In this document: positions 16,101 through 24,626 of the stretch, piece by piece | How positions within the stretch are numbered: the first letter of the stretch is position 1 | Layout: the number at the start of each line of letters is the position of its first letter | Source of the DNA: a virus | Lineage: Duplodnaviria > Caudoviricetes | IMG/VR virus record: IMGVR_UViG_3300042815_000076 | Location: 1-25,367 of that record | Strand: one strand, 5' to 3' | Length of the DNA stretch: 25,367 nt | Notes under the pieces: generated by a model | Databases searched by the model: none | Seen by the model: the letters and a program-made list of their open reading frames with translations, nothing else | What the model was told of the DNA's origin: nothing | Made by a program: the position numbers and the translations under genes

Positions 16101-18514
16101 GTTGCTTGTTGAGCGATACGGTCAGCACCTTGCTTGAGTAAAGCTTGACCACCCTCGTCACCGTTACGCAGCATGCTCACGCCCCTCACCATGTCTGCAG
16201 CGCCTACACCAGCGGTGAGGCCGGGGTTGTAATGTTTCCATGTCCACTTTGTAGCGTTGACAAGGAATCGTGCGAACGGAAATACAACAGTGCTAACAGG
16301 ACGAGCAGCTTCAACACCTTTGACAAAGGCTAAACCAAGTCCTTCTGTGGGTGTCTTGCTGAATGTAAATTCAAGAGCGTCATCGACACCCTTACGCAGC
16401 ACATCAATAGGAATGTTCTTACCCTGTGCCATCACATCAAACAAGTCAAGACCAGTCTGTTTCATGTGATAGTCAATAGACGAAGCAAACACTGCCCTAC
16501 GAATGTAGTTGTCCATCAACACAGCAGGAGTGTTCAAGATGCGGATAGGAGCAATCAAGTCTGTCTGCTTCATCTCTTCAGCAGTTGCCAACATCTTGCT
16601 CATCAACATTGGGTTGTTCTTCAGAGCTTCTTCAGTGATGTCTTTAGCCAATCCTTGCTGACCAAGATAGAACCATGTATCAACAGTGTCGTCAATTGCG
16701 CCATAGATACCACGACCAAGGTCACCAGTGACAGGCTTACCACGAAGTTGTCCAGCAAGCTTACGACCAGTGTTGAACAACAAAGACTCAAGACCACGTT
16801 CTGCAGCACCATACGTTGAGTTGGCACCAACACCGAAAGCGTTACGCATAACAGTAGCCATGTTGGTTGTCATACCAGTAATCATGTTACGGTCAACACG
16901 ATCAATGAAACCTTTCAGGCTAGACAACGAACCAGTTACAGGGTCTTTCTTACCCAACAAAGCATCAACAGCTTTAGCAGATTCTTTATCGATGTTACGC
17001 ATTGTGTTCAACATACGACTGATCACGGACTTGCTTTGCAAAGTACGAGCAGCATCACTGGTTGAAACACCATACATTGCAGAGAACTTCTCAAGCGCAT
17101 CAGTGTCAAGACCACCAGCCTCAAGACGAGTCAGGAAGTTAGGAAGATCTGTACCTGCGTCTTCCAACGATTGTTTGATGACGTTGTCTGGAAGGCTGTC
17201 AAAACTACTGAGAGTGCGTTGCACAGCCTCAAAGGTTTGTTCACCCGGCTTAGGTGCTGTGTCAGGTATCTGCTTCCAGATTGATGCAGCAATCAAGTCA
17301 GCTTGTTTATCAAGAGAGTTCTTTACCTGCATCTCAGCAATGTCAGTGGGAGCAGCTTGCTTGTTTAACAAGTCACGACCATCATAAATGTCAGTGGTTG
17401 TTACAGCAATGTTGTCTGCGTCCTTATCACCAGTGAGCACATCAGGCTTCTTAACAGTGGCAATGTTGAGTTGTTTCTTACGTGCTTCAAGAATTTCATC
17501 AAGAGTGAAGTCACTGTTCTTCAAAAGCTTTGTAGACGCTTTAGACGCAAGAGCCAATGGACCAACTTCAACAGCCAAGCTAATAGGAGCAGTGATTGCA
17601 CCAGTCAAAGCAGCCTCACCAACATCAACACCCTCTGCGACTTGCTTCTCAATCTGTTCAAGTTGTGGTGTCAATTGTTTCTGTTGCTCTTCAGACAACT
17701 GAGGCATCAGCGCTCTCATCTCTTTAGCAGCAGCATCTGCCACAGCCAACTCACGCTTCTGACCGTACACATTTGACAAGACGTTGGTTGATGTTTCTAC
17801 AGCCAATGGCGCACCAATGCCGACAGCACCAGTCTTAGACGCAACAGCCTTCTTCAATCCCTGACTCATCACCTTTGACATCAAAGGACCAGTGACAGCT
17901 TTACCAACACCAAGGCTGGCAACAGTGGAAGGAGCGCTACCGACACCAGCGATGTAGTCTGATACAGCCTTCAAAGGATTCTGACCACCCTTGCTCAAGA
18001 AGCCAGCAGTTTTGTCAAACAAAGCATAAGCTTCACCAGCCTTCAACACATCTTCAGGTTTGGAATTGTTGATCCAGTCTTGTTCTGTGAAGTAGTTGAT
18101 TTCGTTTGTGTTGATAAAACGCATGTGCCGAGCAAAGCGATCAACATAGTCTGCTGCAGACTCACCATCTTTAGGTTGTCCTGTCTTACCAAACCTAGAC
18201 GTTGCATAGTCCTGAATCTTCTTCAGGTTTGCAGGGTCTTTATACAGTTGTTCAAACGGAATCTCGGCTGCTTTCTCAGCAGTCTTCTCGGCTTGCTGAC
18301 GAGACAACGAAGCCTTAGAAGCCTCAAGAACGTTGAAGCCTTGAGGTTGTGTAGGTTGTGTTGGTTGTGTAGGTGCAACTTCAGCAACTTGTGTAGGTGG
18401 TGCTGGCTGTGTAGGCTTTGGAAGCTTCTTCAGCGCAGCAGCCATTTCATCCTTAGACATTCCATCAGGAAACTCAACAGGACCGACACCAATGATTTCA
18501 ACAATTTGAGCCAT
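13148..18514 (-). CDS. Large internal virion (ejection) protein, 1788 aa, with a candidate C-terminal ADP-ribosyltransferase-like domain
   Basis: Size and position as last gene of the virion arm. N-terminal VEFPDGMSKDEM mini-domain, Pro/Thr/Gln linker, helical body. LWHG...SFTSD...EKE near the C-terminus. Confidence 0.7.
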   Translation of the reverse strand: MAQIVEIIGVGPVEFPDGMSKDEMAAALKKLPKPTQPAPPTQVAEVAPTQPTQPTQPQGFNVLEASKASLSRQQAEKTAEKAAEIPFEQLYKDPANLKKIQDYATSRFGKTGQPKDGESAADYVDRFARHMRFINTNEINYFTEQDWINNSKPEDVLKAGEAYALFDKTAGFLSKGGQNPLKAVSDYIAGVGSAPSTVASLGVGKAVTGPLMSKVMSQGLKKAVASKTGAVGIGAPLAVETSTNVLSNVYGQKRELAVADAAAKEMRALMPQLSEEQQKQLTPQLEQIEKQVAEGVDVGEAALTGAITAPISLAVEVGPLALASKASTKLLKNSDFTLDEILEARKKQLNIATVKKPDVLTGDKDADNIAVTTTDIYDGRDLLNKQAAPTDIAEMQVKNSLDKQADLIAASIWKQIPDTAPKPGEQTFEAVQRTLSSFDSLPDNVIKQSLEDAGTDLPNFLTRLEAGGLDTDALEKFSAMYGVSTSDAARTLQSKSVISRMLNTMRNIDKESAKAVDALLGKKDPVTGSLSSLKGFIDRVDRNMITGMTTNMATVMRNAFGVGANSTYGAAERGLESLLFNTGRKLAGQLRGKPVTGDLGRGIYGAIDDTVDTWFYLGQQGLAKDITEEALKNNPMLMSKMLATAEEMKQTDLIAPIRILNTPAVLMDNYIRRAVFASSIDYHMKQTGLDLFDVMAQGKNIPIDVLRKGVDDALEFTFSKTPTEGLGLAFVKGVEAARPVSTVVFPFARFLVNATKWTWKHYNPGLTAGVGAADMVRGVSMLRNGDEGGQALLKQGADRIAQQATGAATLIAAYKYREENQDTPWNIMKSDDGTTVDIKYLFPLNVPFALADFYYKTANGNPEDFSTKDLVEALTGFKAVGTQGQMLDVAREATASIASSFTGDETDETALNKMNKSGAEFLGAWLGRATVPLNQFSDLISAFDRDEGMQRDIFVTEPGEKLSGADVVGRSIQKGIPILKQALPEYQPATREKAAPRDSGPFKQMTGLALIPPKNEIETEIERLNIPYQSVFKTTGDKTIDSQARKFMAENIESSLMPYLRSDQYSTATREGQFLELKKRLTELQTQAKNVATQQSIQDYYSREQVPPIEQKKFESLAPKIRRATLALYKDQVGKSFAEDTDFRKYGIALQLSKIVGRAPLAVQEDKPGFAVGGSIGKQALKKAGKSSVLDQTMTLLQQVRKEAGVDAPVEQATPSPAMDQTANMLMGKKPVLPKASKAAAKPAPAPTEAPIEEALPTPPAQTMEAPTPSKAFADEDYAMGEEAMLEAYTPVQLENMKVFSPEEYANTLHSFTGQAKGLKYSEMPPPPFAKKADESLVDNIEYDIDGNEVSVNGIAVTPSKGADSMLDDEFASFEPDIIATPLAKKVDGFESGNLNFKIPELDVDDATIAQQKNYVKQRNDLLDSIRQYRTKEFSNIRKDESFDMFDDEVLGVLQGEFRAKFNREFNVASDKDVGMKMATSYQNKLDTLREQYKDVPDKKLWHGNTPAKIAPVKAKGFTSPQRSPKYHDELMVGAPSFTSDLNLNATADSFGGTNPENILYTKMPYADYVFTRINMQPGAYDTKDLNTIARSINGSSTVVRPISLPRAGYFEKEDMMVEADKLRLSSGGKDMKALTAPSNRDASPEMYNETAKRFNATLKNAVKTKSVADAYTAYGGVRDLMSVINNMASNVSVKGGRGHQSATKLNSFFDKADKLSKIDELNKVADILDAAGAKQKAQALRNFTKTLSDYGSNFGGDAVEEAGRMKELNAVFNAAEKMAKGGLASRR

Positions 18515-18517
18515 CTA

Positions 18518-19897
18518 TTATTCCCAAGAGTTTGTAGCAGGATTCCATTTAGGTACAGCACTTGTTGTTGGCTGTGTTGTAGCAGGGCGTGTTGTAGCGC
18601 CACGTGGTATAGGTGCTGGCGCTGCTGCAGGTGTCGCTGCTGCTGGTGGCGGTGGCTTAGGCGAACCACCCTTGACAGGCAACTCAGGCACAACAGGCTT
18701 GATAGCTTTACCAGCTTCATCGAACCTGATACCAGCAGACATCATAGCATTCTTGTGCATCTCAGAGCGAGGTGAGCCATCAGGCTTTGTCATCTCTTTA
18801 ATGATGGCGTTGGCAGCAATTGCATCACCTCTGCGGAACAAATCACCCTGTGACAAATCACGCAACGTCATTGTGACATTGCCTTGTGCGTCTGTAGAAG
18901 TAATGAATGTACCCGGTGGAAGCTGTTGCTCAATTGTTGTAGCACGTGTACGTGTTGCAACCTGAATCAGGTTGGACTGAGAAATCTTATCAGCATCTGT
19001 CTTACCATCACCGCCCGGTGCTTTCGCCAAAACCTGACGTTGACGCAACAAAGCCTGAGACAATGCAGCACCTTGCTTATCACCCTTAGCTTGTTTCTCT
19101 TGAATCTCAGTGATGAGGTCAGACTGAATCTGTGCTTCTGTTTTGTTACTGGTCTTACTGATTTCTTCAATGGCTGTGATGCGACCGAGGTTTTCTGTGG
19201 CAACAGCAATCTGTTCAGGATTACCACTCTTCTTCGCATCCATCATGTCCATCAGGGCTTGATCTTTGACATCCTTAAACTCTTGCTTCTTACGGAAAGC
19301 ACCGATGTCAACTTCAGCCATAGACTCAATAGTCTTGGAAGCAGGTGTGCGCGAACCGAGCAGGTCTTCAAGAGAAACACCCAAGCTTGCAGCAGCCTTC
19401 TTAGCCTCTGCCATCTTGTCAGTAGAAGTCAAACGCTGAATCAGGTTGCCCTTGCTGGTATCAGCAAACGCTGACTCAACTTGCTCACTGGTAGCTTTAG
19501 CCGTACCAAACACTGTGTCAATCCATTCAGCAGGATCAACATCTTTAGGTGCGTTAGCTGTGGCTTTAACAAAGTTCTTAGACACCCGATTGACATAATC
19601 AGGATTCTCTTCAATCTTCTTCTGCACTGTTTTAGCCAACGAAGGATTGGACAACAACCCAATCATCTGGTCATTGTCGAGAGTGCCATCAGAGAACTTC
19701 ACGCCTTTGAAGAAGTCATACACACCACGCAATTCGTCCTTGCGTTTAGCAACATCCTTCTTCTGTTCGGCATAACCAAGGTACATAGCCTTGATGTTGG
19801 CTTGTATTTGTTCGGTGTCAAGTTCTTCTTGCTTCTCTATTTGTTCGTTGAAGCCTTTAGCCATACCACCGATAAATGAACTCAGTCTAAAACCCAT
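18518..19897 (-). CDS. Probable internal virion (ejection) protein, 459 aa
   Basis: N-terminal amphipathic Gly-rich helix (SSFIGGMAKGF), helical charged body, Pro/Ala/Thr linker, terminal WNPATNSWE; adjacent to the giant protein. Confidence 0.6.
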   Translation of the reverse strand: MGFRLSSFIGGMAKGFNEQIEKQEELDTEQIQANIKAMYLGYAEQKKDVAKRKDELRGVYDFFKGVKFSDGTLDNDQMIGLLSNPSLAKTVQKKIEENPDYVNRVSKNFVKATANAPKDVDPAEWIDTVFGTAKATSEQVESAFADTSKGNLIQRLTSTDKMAEAKKAAASLGVSLEDLLGSRTPASKTIESMAEVDIGAFRKKQEFKDVKDQALMDMMDAKKSGNPEQIAVATENLGRITAIEEISKTSNKTEAQIQSDLITEIQEKQAKGDKQGAALSQALLRQRQVLAKAPGGDGKTDADKISQSNLIQVATRTRATTIEQQLPPGTFITSTDAQGNVTMTLRDLSQGDLFRRGDAIAANAIIKEMTKPDGSPRSEMHKNAMMSAGIRFDEAGKAIKPVVPELPVKGGSPKPPPPAAATPAAAPAPIPRGATTRPATTQPTTSAVPKWNPATNSWE

Positions 19898-19898
19898 A

Positions 19899-20375
19899 TC
19901 ATTCTCCCCGAGCCATCAAACCCTTACGACCAACTTTGGCTTCGGGATTGGTGACAACACTTTGTTTAGCTTCTTTCATCAACTCTTTGATGATGGAAGG
20001 ACTCACAGTATTCTTCTTAGCCACTTCTTCAGGAGTGACAACATATTCAACATCGTTCAACTCAGCCAATGTCTTCACAATTTCAACAACAATTGGTGTG
20101 ACCAAGAAAGCTGTATCAACAGTGTGATAGCCTTTCATCACAGATGTCTTCGTCAGAGTGTTGACGATGGTAACAATTGGCAAACCTCTCTCAAGCAAAC
20201 CCATCAACTCATAAATAGCTTCAGGGTTTTGTAGCTTCTCCATGTAGAAGGAAGCAACGTCATCAAGTGTGACGTATTGTGGTGGCTGCTCCCAAGGAAC
20301 ACTACCGGGTTCTGTTGTCAATGACATGCCGGGGATTGGTGCCGACAAGAACATTGCGTCTTTATTTTCTTCCAT
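19899..20375 (-). CDS. Conserved virion-module protein (APIPGMSLT...PWEQPP)
   Basis: The APIPG.SLT.EPG..PWE.PP pattern resembles proteins I recall from aquatic podovirus structural modules; function unknown. Confidence 0.7.
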   Translation of the reverse strand: MEENKDAMFLSAPIPGMSLTTEPGSVPWEQPPQYVTLDDVASFYMEKLQNPEAIYELMGLLERGLPIVTIVNTLTKTSVMKGYHTVDTAFLVTPIVVEIVKTLAELNDVEYVVTPEEVAKKNTVSPSIIKELMKEAKQSVVTNPEAKVGRKGLMARGE

Positions 20376-20568
20376 TCATCAACTCCTGTTTCTGTTTGCG
20401 AATTGCTTCAATGTAGTCAGCAACTTGATTGTAAATGTCAGATTGTTTCTTAGCACTAGTGTCACCTGTCTTAGCGACAAGACCCTTTGAAGGCTGTGTT
20501 TTCTTTTTACCCATTCGTTCGTTGACAACAGTGTCAATCTTGGAATAGAAGGATGAGAAGTTTTTCAT
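20362..20568 (-). CDS. Hypothetical basic protein (68 aa)
   Basis: RBS AAGGA. Tiles between neighbouring genes. Confidence 0.7.
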   Translation of the reverse strand: MKNFSSFYSKIDTVVNERMGKKKTQPSKGLVAKTGDTSAKKQSDIYNQVADYIEAIRKQKQELMNGRK

Positions 20569-20577
20569 TGTTGTTCC

Positions 20578-22575
20578 TTAATCTAACACTTTACCGAGCA
20601 CTTTAGCTACAAAGTTTCCTGTAGCAGCACTGGCTTCAGCATCAGCTTTGATGTTGGCAGCACTAATACTGGCAGCAGCGCTTATCTCAGCAGCAGCAAG
20701 TTGTGTAGCCCTACTAGCATCATTCTCTGCAGACTGCCAAGCGTGTGCCACATCATCACGATACATCTGTGTTTCATTATTATACTCAGCCATTGTCATC
20801 TGTTGTGACAACTGAGCATTAACAATGTTGGCAGCGTTTGTAGCGGCAGTGTTGGCTGTAGCAATTTCACGTTGCCATTGAGCGTTAGCTTGATCAATAA
20901 CAAGTCGTTGCTGAGCGTTGAAAGTCTCACGCTGATTCTTCACTTCAGCATTGAACTTAGAGATGGCGTTTTTCTGATCAGTGTTAAACTGAGCAATGGC
21001 ATTCTTCTGAGAAGCATTGAACTGACTCACCTGTGTAGCAAGCTGTGTATTAAACTGATTGGTTTGATTGACACTGGTAGCATTAAACTGTTTAGCAGCA
21101 TTATCAGCAGCAGCGTCAGACAACATAGCTTGTGACATTTGCTGTGCTTTAAACAATGTTGTTTGTTGCAAGTTAGACAAGTTAGCCATGTCCATCTGCA
21201 AGAACGACTGAGCATTCACAACAGCAGCTTGTTGACGGTTGTTAAGGTTGGCTGTCTCAAGTGTTGCAATTTGTGCAGCGTTAGCCATCACCATTGCTTG
21301 ATTGTTAGACAGGTTAGCCAGATCCATTGTCTGAGCCAAACGAGCATTCTCCAAAGCAACTTGTTGCTGAGCAGTGAAGTTCATGTTAGCAATGTCAGAC
21401 ACCTTAGCTGCATTGACAACACGTGTCTGAAACTCCTGATCAAACTCTTGACCCATAAAGGCAGCACGTTGTTGTGCAGCCAACACAGCAGTTTGTTGAC
21501 GGTTGCTTAAATTTTGAGCAGCTACAGACTGATAAGCCTGAGCATCGGCAGAGGCAATCGGCAAGGCAGACTCAAGTGTTGCTTGAATGAGAGCCTGTCC
21601 AGCCAAGCTAGAAGCACCCAAACCACGAGCAGCCAATGTAGCTGTAACAGCACGAAGGTTTGCAGCAGCCCAAGGTGGAGGATTACCAGCTTCAAAGTCG
21701 GTCATCAACTTGTTCAACTGACCTTGCACCGTCATCTCTTCAGTGACAACACCCTGTGCGGCAGACGCTTCTGTCTGTGCAGCCAATGCCTCAGCACGGG
21801 CTTGGTCAACAGCAGGACCAGACACCATCTCACCAGCTTCTTCTGTACGTGTAGGAGCACCCTGCACCGTACCAGCAACACCTTGTGCAGCTTCCATGTC
21901 TGCCAAGGCTGTAGAGGTTGGGTCCATCTGCTCAGCACTCACCAAACTCTCATCACTGACAGTACCCTGCGCTGCATCAACACCTTCCATTAAATCAGTA
22001 ATGTCATCTGCGGCTTGTGTAGCTTTATACGTTTCAGCTTTTACGGCTTTTGGTTTATCAGCAAGAGTTGCCTTAACTTGTGCTGCTTTTGCTGTTTCAG
22101 CAGCACCAGCACGTGCGGTGGTGTCAATGTTTTGTTCTGGAGTTGCTGCAATTTGAGCTACACCAGCCTTTGCTGCTTGACCAACCTGTGGCTTACCAGC
22201 GTCAGAGAATTTCACACCTGTTGCTGGCGTACCCACAGTGGTCTTAAAAAGCTCAACTTCACCGGGGTCAACGATGGACCCGAATTGTTGACCCCAATAA
22301 TCTCGATCAGCTTTTGTAAAATTAGGACCGATGTTTTGTTTTAAAAAATCATCAGTTGTCATTTCAGAGTTTGTGACTGCACCACCAGCAACAAACTTCT
22401 TACGAGCCATACCGCCCTTAGCCATACGTGTAGCAAACTTATCGCTGATGGCAGCATACTTCATAGCCAACGCAGGTGATGAGTTGATGAAGTCGTCAAA
22501 GCCCTGCATAGGGCCGTCATAACCGAGCTTACGAGCTACGATTTCTCTTTGTTTTGCTGTGAAGTTTTCAGCCAT
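20578..22575 (-). CDS. Probable ejection / DNA-pilot protein, 665 aa, with long hendecad coiled coil
   Basis: Ala/Gln/Asn-rich. ARGLGASS hydrophobic segment. 11-residue Asn periodicity over aa 355-596. Amphipathic C-terminus. Confidence 0.7.
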   Translation of the reverse strand: MAENFTAKQREIVARKLGYDGPMQGFDDFINSSPALAMKYAAISDKFATRMAKGGMARKKFVAGGAVTNSEMTTDDFLKQNIGPNFTKADRDYWGQQFGSIVDPGEVELFKTTVGTPATGVKFSDAGKPQVGQAAKAGVAQIAATPEQNIDTTARAGAAETAKAAQVKATLADKPKAVKAETYKATQAADDITDLMEGVDAAQGTVSDESLVSAEQMDPTSTALADMEAAQGVAGTVQGAPTRTEEAGEMVSGPAVDQARAEALAAQTEASAAQGVVTEEMTVQGQLNKLMTDFEAGNPPPWAAANLRAVTATLAARGLGASSLAGQALIQATLESALPIASADAQAYQSVAAQNLSNRQQTAVLAAQQRAAFMGQEFDQEFQTRVVNAAKVSDIANMNFTAQQQVALENARLAQTMDLANLSNNQAMVMANAAQIATLETANLNNRQQAAVVNAQSFLQMDMANLSNLQQTTLFKAQQMSQAMLSDAAADNAAKQFNATSVNQTNQFNTQLATQVSQFNASQKNAIAQFNTDQKNAISKFNAEVKNQRETFNAQQRLVIDQANAQWQREIATANTAATNAANIVNAQLSQQMTMAEYNNETQMYRDDVAHAWQSAENDASRATQLAAAEISAAASISAANIKADAEASAATGNFVAKVLGKVLD

Positions 22576-22586
22576 ATAGTTTCCTG

Positions 22587-23282
22587 TTATGCGTTCTCGT
22601 ATCCAAGACGATACATTATCAAGTGTAGGAGATCGCTGTGCATTTCCCCATGTTTATTCACTTCTTTGTTCGTGACAACTATGATAGGTATACCAGCTTT
22701 CTGAGCAATCTCAAAACGGTTAGCGTCCCTTACTTGTTGCTTCTCAAACCCACCTTCTCTATTTTTCCATAAGAAGTAGTCTGGATCGTAATGATGAGGG
22801 CCATCAAACTCTATCAACAACTTATTGTCGACTAGAAAATCAAAAGGCTTACCCTGTATTCTGTGCTGAGGAACAACAGTAACACCTAGCTTGCGTGACA
22901 AAAACTCTCCGAATTTGGTTTCAATCTTCGACACATACCTTGTAGGAAATCTACTCATTCTTTCCCATGCTGCTTTTTGCATACGCAGTTTAGACTCATC
23001 AGAACGTTTCGCTCCTGTATGCGTAGCTATTCTTCGTTCGATGATAATGGGGTTACTAAGGAGTGTCTGACGAATAGAAGAAGCCAACATCTTATTTCTG
23101 ACTTCACCGTACTTCTCTCGTGTAACATCACGTTCTGCTATCAGCTTCTTTAAAGAGTGCAGAGGAATGTTAAACTGCTCAGCGGTTCTTGATTGAGAAT
23201 TCGGTTGAAGATAGAACGCGACAATATCGTCTTTCGTTTCCTCGGACAATCCACAGTAGGCAGAGGAGTATTTGTTAGCCAT
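22587..23282 (-). CDS. Free-standing homing endonuclease: NUMOD3-like DNA-binding motif plus Vsr/DUF559-like nuclease
   Basis: HTGAKRSDESKLRMQKA (NUMOD3-like). SKIE...FDF...LIEFDGPHHY...D..R (Vsr-like). TGATG overlap with the endolysin stop. Confidence 0.75.
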   Translation of the reverse strand: MANKYSSAYCGLSEETKDDIVAFYLQPNSQSRTAEQFNIPLHSLKKLIAERDVTREKYGEVRNKMLASSIRQTLLSNPIIIERRIATHTGAKRSDESKLRMQKAAWERMSRFPTRYVSKIETKFGEFLSRKLGVTVVPQHRIQGKPFDFLVDNKLLIEFDGPHHYDPDYFLWKNREGGFEKQQVRDANRFEIAQKAGIPIIVVTNKEVNKHGEMHSDLLHLIMYRLGYENA

Positions 23283-23749
23283 CAAGCTATACCATTAGAA
23301 TAAATAGCACGTCCTTTTACAAACACCGCAGTTAACACTTGTTGTTTGAGGTTGTTACTATCGTATGAAACATGCACCCAACCACTGTCGGGAATACCTT
23401 CGATGTACCCCTCAAGAATAAGTTGTGTGAATTCAAAGTTGTCACGAATATACAATGCTAAATCTCTATTGGGTACACCAGCAATCTCAATGTCAGCAGC
23501 CATACCTTTGCAATGGTCGCTAGTACGACTACCACCAACAGCAGCATTAACATCAGGGCTACGATAGCCACTGTTGACTTTAATACCAACACCATATGCA
23601 TCACGCAAAGGTTGCAACACTTGCTCACACAAGATTGTCAAGTTCTGAATCACTTCATCGCTGTGTGGATAGTTGTCCATGTCTCGACGTGAAGCTGTCT
23701 CGCTCTTAATCATCTCATGCAAAGAGAAGTTGTTAGTCAGCATTGTCAT
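23282..23749 (-). CDS. Endolysin, peptidase M15A family
   Basis: SGYRSPDVNAAVGG..SDH..G.AADI...WVHVS (Zn ligands H, D, H). Start at ATG 23749 with RBS AAGGA. Confidence 0.9.
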   Translation of the reverse strand: MTMLTNNFSLHEMIKSETASRRDMDNYPHSDEVIQNLTILCEQVLQPLRDAYGVGIKVNSGYRSPDVNAAVGGSRTSDHCKGMAADIEIAGVPNRDLALYIRDNFEFTQLILEGYIEGIPDSGWVHVSYDSNNLKQQVLTAVFVKGRAIYSNGIA

Positions 23750-24198
23750 TTTGTTTCCTTTGTTGTAGGCCAAGCATCTCTCAAGGCTTTTGCATCAACT
23801 GCGTGTCCGTCAGCGAGTCTTGCCATTTCTTCAAGAGCAACTGTACACTCTCCGAATACGGACGTTGAGGTTGTGGCGTAGTCTCTAACGGCGGGGCAGG
23901 TAGCTGTAGCGATGGCGGCGGTGGCACGGTTGGCTTCGACGCGCACCCGGTGAAGCTCAATACGAGCAGCATCGGCAGCAAGAGCGTTCTTACGAATTTG
24001 TTGTTGAGCAGCTTTGAGAGCATCATCTTTCTGTCCTTGTAAACGTGCAGCCTCTTCAGCCACAGCAGTTGTTGCAGCCGCTACAGCAGCGGCATTGGTT
24101 GATTCAATTTCAGCAATCTTAGCGTCCATGCGCCAGCCCTGAATAGTAAAGCCACCAACAAAGGCGGCAGCAGCTATAGCGGCAGTAATGTATATCAT
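23746..24198 (-). CDS. Inner-membrane spanin (Rz-like)
   Basis: N-terminal TM followed by QGWR, Ala-rich coiled coil, two Cys; contains a nested lipoprotein gene. Confidence 0.85.
   Translation of the reverse strand: MIYITAAIAAAAFVGGFTIQGWRMDAKIAEIESTNAAAVAAATTAVAEEAARLQGQKDDALKAAQQQIRKNALAADAARIELHRVRVEANRATAAIATATCPAVRDYATTSTSVFGECTVALEEMARLADGHAVDAKALRDAWPTTKETK
23781..24026 (-). CDS. Outer-membrane spanin lipoprotein (Rz1-like), fully embedded in Rz
   Basis: Own RBS AAGGA. Signal peptide with lipobox FTG-C. Pro-rich mature region followed by a short helix. Different frame inside Rz. Confidence 0.85.
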   Translation of the reverse strand: MMLSKLLNNKFVRTLLLPMLLVLSFTGCASKPTVPPPPSLQLPAPPLETTPQPQRPYSESVQLLLKKWQDSLTDTQLMQKP

Positions 24199-24626
24199 GG
24201 TGTGTAGTCCTGTCTATAGGGGCTAGGCATTGGTGGTCGAGGCATAGGGGGTGGTGGCATGTGCATAGAATGTGGTGGCATATTCATAGGTGGTCTAGGC
24301 ATGTCCGACATCTTACCACGAACGTATGCTGTTGCTGCCATGAATGCAACAACAACAGTACCCATAGAAGCACAGAACGTTGTAGCCAATCCGACAATTA
24401 AGGGAATTTTGTTAGCTTCAACAATACCGGATGCAAGCAATACAATCAACATAAATGGCAAGAACAAAGCAGCCCACGCCATAATGCGTTGCTGATCTGC
24501 CAGCTTGTCCATGTTCTCAATCTGCAATATCTTGTCACTGCGTTCTATTTCAGCGTCAGTGACGATGCCGTCATGATCCATGTCAAACTGGTTGTATTCC
24601 GATGTCTCTTCAAGTCGTTTGCTCAT
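24195..24626 (-). CDS. Holin-like two-TM protein with N-terminal EF-hand loop and Pro/Met-rich tail
   Basis: DMDHDGIVTDAE; two hydrophobic helices; directly upstream of the spanins and endolysin. Confidence 0.6.
   Translation of the reverse strand: MSKRLEETSEYNQFDMDHDGIVTDAEIERSDKILQIENMDKLADQQRIMAWAALFLPFMLIVLLASGIVEANKIPLIVGLATTFCASMGTVVVAFMAATAYVRGKMSDMPRPPMNMPPHSMHMPPPPMPRPPMPSPYRQDYTP

Noticed and set aside
18340-18420. Short 9-nt tandem-like repeats (GGTTGTGTA/GGTTGTGTT)
   Set aside because: Explained by the PTQPTQPTQP linker of the 1788-aa protein; not an independent element.
13784-22522. Many + strand ORFs of 60-231 aa opposite the virion genes (e.g. 16728-17387, 18080-18775, 18884-19474)
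   Set aside because: Antisense shadows of long genes. Cys/Ser/Leu-rich unnatural composition, no RBS or motifs noticed.
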